Source: Naegleria gruberi (taxonomy: Eukaryota). Taken from it: a stretch of 64,000 bases of DNA. The notes beneath the pieces are model-generated. The model had not been told where the DNA came from, ran no database searches, and was given only the letters and a program-made list of their open reading frames with translations. Position numbers and translations under genes: made by a program. Shown piece after piece: positions 61,901-64,000 of the stretch. The stretch is from assembly GCA_000004985.1 (NCBI GenBank), contig GG738921.1; one strand, given 5' to 3'. Each line of letters starts with the position of its first letter. Within the stretch, counting starts at the first letter, position 1.

Positions 61901-62279
61901 CACATTCATAACTTCCCTTCATCATTATTTTCATTTGAAATTTGAATAATTTTGATGAATTGCCAATAGGAAACATGGAATATAATTCATCGTTAGCAGC
62001 AGTGATGACTTGATGAAATACTTGACATGGTAGATTCACATCAGTGCATGTATTATTCTTCGGTTGTTGTGATTGGTTGGAGTCAATGTAATAGGTACGT
62101 TCAATACTCTGCTGTTGTGCTCCGACAAGAAGAACAACTAGGTGATGTATTAAAATTAATGACACGATGAAGATTTGTGCAATTGTTCGAGTAGACAAAT
62201 GGTGTGGCAGTAGTTGTGGTAGTTTCATTCTTTTTTGTTGGAAGATATTGTCCAAGGTTTTGTGTGTTACTGTTATCAT
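58901..62279 (-). CDS. Receptor-like protein kinase (TKL-type) with signal peptide, parallel beta-helix (PbH1-like) ectodomain, one TM helix and kinase domain; 5 exons including 5-nt and 6-nt micro-exons
   Basis: The exons are 62279..59751, 59703..59421, 59375..59371 (ATATT), 59330..59325 (GCACCT) and 59275..58901. The introns are 47, 45, 40 and 49 nt, all GTAAGT..AG. Kinase motifs are present: GEGASGVVYKG, AIK, YMIV|EYLSNGAL, HRDLKCANILL, DFGLSK, NVGTLL-Y-I-A-P-E-LL and DVYSFGIILWEL. The joined CDS is 3198 nt, which is divisible by 3. Confidence 0.75.
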
Positions 62280-62617
62280 GGAGATGATTACAACTCTTGG
62301 GGAGGCATTTCAATAAAAATTGGAATGTTGTTGGATATTGTTCCAGAATTTCAAACACTGGTTAAAGCTCTCAGGTTGAATTCAACTGTTCGATTATTCT
62401 CGTATGGGACAAAAGCATTCATTACCAAATATATAAATTAATATCTTGATCCCAAATTCATGGCACAATCACTCTTGCATCAACGCTTTTACCTATGTCA
62501 TGACATTGTCTACTTTCAAATGATTGTAGTGTTGGTACTTTACTTCATTTCTTTGGAACGTATAGGAAGGTAAGAGAGGAAATTGTTTTTAATAATGTTG
62601 TTGCCTTAATTGAAAGA

Positions 62618-63262
62618 CTAACCTTGGTGTTCATTCTGTTCTCCATCTTGGGTTTCCTCTTCATCATTCCCTTCATCGATGAGAAAAGCAGACCGTTTGA
62701 GTGAGTGGAGTGCCTCACAGGTTTCAATCATATTATAGTAGGATTCGTCTTGTGTAATTTCTTCATCCCAATGAGGGAAAGTTCTACATTGTTGAGGTCG
62801 TACTGGATAAATTGAACAAGAATAAGTCACTTGTCCATCTTCTTGTGTTTGAGGTTTCAGAAATATGCATTGAACTCGTTTGTGAAAGGCTAAGGAAGGC
62901 TTATATTTGATAGAGATTGAGGTTTCATCTGATTGTTTAAGGGTTGACAAGGTATAGTTCTGAATAAATTCATTCGGAGATATTTTCAAATAATTTGATA
63001 TTTGTTTCACATTATTCTCATCTAGATAAATACGTATAGATCCAAAACCGGTACAACACTTTCCACATTGTGTACACCCTTTGAAATTTTCAGTAATTAA
63101 TTTCTTTCGTTCCTCCAATTTGTTTTTATTCCTATTGCATGATAAGTGGGTAGAGAAAAATTGTTTATTAAATTCCTTCCTCATTCCGACAGAACATGTT
63201 ATATTGTGTTTCAGCATTGCAGTCAAAATTGAAGCTTTCCTTGAGAGTTGTTGTGTTTGCAT
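62618..63262 (-). CDS. CxxCxxCC putative zinc/iron-chelating domain protein (UPF0153/YkgJ-like)
   Basis: CTQCGKCCTGFG is followed by further Cys and His residues (CSIYPVRPQQCRTFPHWDEE). Confidence 0.5.
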   Translation of the reverse strand: MQTQQLSRKASILTAMLKHNITCSVGMRKEFNKQFFSTHLSCNRNKNKLEERKKLITENFKGCTQCGKCCTGFGSIRIYLDENNVKQISNYLKISPNEFIQNYTLSTLKQSDETSISIKYKPSLAFHKRVQCIFLKPQTQEDGQVTYSCSIYPVRPQQCRTFPHWDEEITQDESYYNMIETCEALHSLKRSAFLIDEGNDEEETQDGEQNEHQG

Positions 63263-63265
63263 TTT

Positions 63266-64000
63266 TTATTCTTCTGTTGGTTTTCGTTCAATTTTTGAAA
63301 GTAATTGATTGCAAATGTCTAACAGCTCCTTATTTTCCTTTTCTTTTGCTTTTAATCGATTTTCAACCTGCACTCTTTTCTCCTCTTCTTTCTTTAACTT
63401 TTCTTCAAGTGTAGATGATGGAGTTGTGGTTGAGGATGACGAGGAAATTAGAGTTTTCAATGCTTCTATTTCATTTGTCTTATCATAAATCTTTGCCTTT
63501 AGCTTTTGATTTTCTTCGTAAAATACGTGTAAAGATTGTTGAAGCTCGTCATTTCTAACTTTGAATTCTTCCTTTTCCTCCTTGATTTTTCGTGTTTCAG
63601 TTTCCTGAGAGATTATTTTGGATTGGAAATCATTTGATTCTTTAACCAGTTTTTCGTTTGTAAATTCTAGGAACTTGATTCTGTCTTCGAGGGCTTTGAT
63701 CTGAGTCTTTGGAATGGTGGAGAGCTTTTTGATTTTATCATTTAGGGAGACTATTTGTTCGTCCTTGTCTTCCTTCTCTTTCTTCATCAAATTCATCTCT
63801 TGTTCCAATGACGTTATCTTACTCTCGAGCTGATGTTTAGTTGTGGATAACTCTTTGAGTTTGGTATTAGCTCCATTAAGTTGGTCCTCTGCATGTTCCT
63901 TGAGCTTATTATATTTGGTCTCGTAAACTTTACAATCTTTCATGCTGGCATGAATCTTTTCTTTCAGTACTTGCTCGTTTTGTTTAAATTTTTCATTTAC
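63266..64000 (-). CDS. Coiled-coil protein, C-terminal part (5' portion beyond window end)
   Basis: The open frame runs from the window edge to the stop at 63266. It has heptad-rich K/E/L composition (LKELSTTKHQLESKITSLEQEMNLMKKEKEDKDEQI...). Confidence 0.45.
   Translation of the reverse strand, partial: VNEKFKQNEQVLKEKIHASMKDCKVYETKYNKLKEHAEDQLNGANTKLKELSTTKHQLESKITSLEQEMNLMKKEKEDKDEQIVSLNDKIKKLSTIPKTQIKALEDRIKFLEFTNEKLVKESNDFQSKIISQETETRKIKEEKEEFKVRNDELQQSLHVFYEENQKLKAKIYDKTNEIEALKTLISSSSSTTTPSSTLEEKLKKEEEKRVQVENRLKAKEKENKELLDICNQLLSKIERKPTEE

Noticed and set aside
1-64000. Search for prokaryotic-style novel system (operons, CRISPR repeats, toxin-antitoxin, defence islands)
   Set aside because: The sequence is unmistakably eukaryotic (spliceosomal introns, an intron-containing tRNA-Tyr, eukaryote-only proteins such as INTS1, coatomer, eIF3b and myosin I). 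There are no CRISPR-like direct-repeat arrays and no rRNA.

Overview
This is a gene-dense, AT-rich eukaryotic nuclear window (1-based, + strand as given). Its composition and gene content look like a dictyostelid or related amoebozoan. I infer that only from the sequence: poly-Asn/Gln tracts in coding regions, GTAAGT..AG spliceosomal introns, an intron-containing tRNA-Tyr, and AT-rich intergenic spacers. I see no prokaryotic operon, CRISPR array, rRNA gene or defence island. The window carries about 35 protein-coding genes on both strands, two tandem tRNA genes, one TIR-bounded non-autonomous DNA transposon, and five assembly gaps (N runs, the largest at 4065..6358).

Products I could recognise from the translated ORFs are: a calpain-7/PalB-like protease with an MIT-like N-terminus; NDUFAF6; a twin-Cx9C protein; a SAMHD1-like HD-domain dNTPase; a thioredoxin-domain protein; Mpv17/PMP22; Integrator subunit 1; a GyrI-like (bacterial-type) effector-binding-domain protein; TMEM234; DCC1; a TFIIB-family factor; a chymotrypsin-fold (3C/V8-like) serine protease; a long-tailed class I myosin; two tandem C2-domain paralogues; a secreted poly-lysine repeat protein; three paralogous AT-hook proteins; a CRT-like transporter; a small ankyrin-repeat protein; a USP25/28-like deubiquitinase; coatomer gamma; USP39/Sad1; eIF3b; and a receptor-like TKL kinase with a parallel beta-helix ectodomain.

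The structure I find most interesting is the splicing. Homology-anchored introns are only 38-49 nt long. At least one gene, the kinase, needs two consecutive micro-exons of 5 and 6 nt to rebuild the conserved YIAPE motif in frame; the 6-nt DP micro-exon I propose in C2 gene B closes the frame only if a T5 run is really T4, so it is a hypothesis. There are also several apparent frameshifts or in-frame stops in low-complexity or homopolymer runs. A lineage-specific AT-hook family, a poly-Lys secreted protein, a MITE-like element and a possibly foreign-origin protease and GyrI-like gene are also worth a look. Every identity call below is from motif-level recognition by eye. None was checked against a database.
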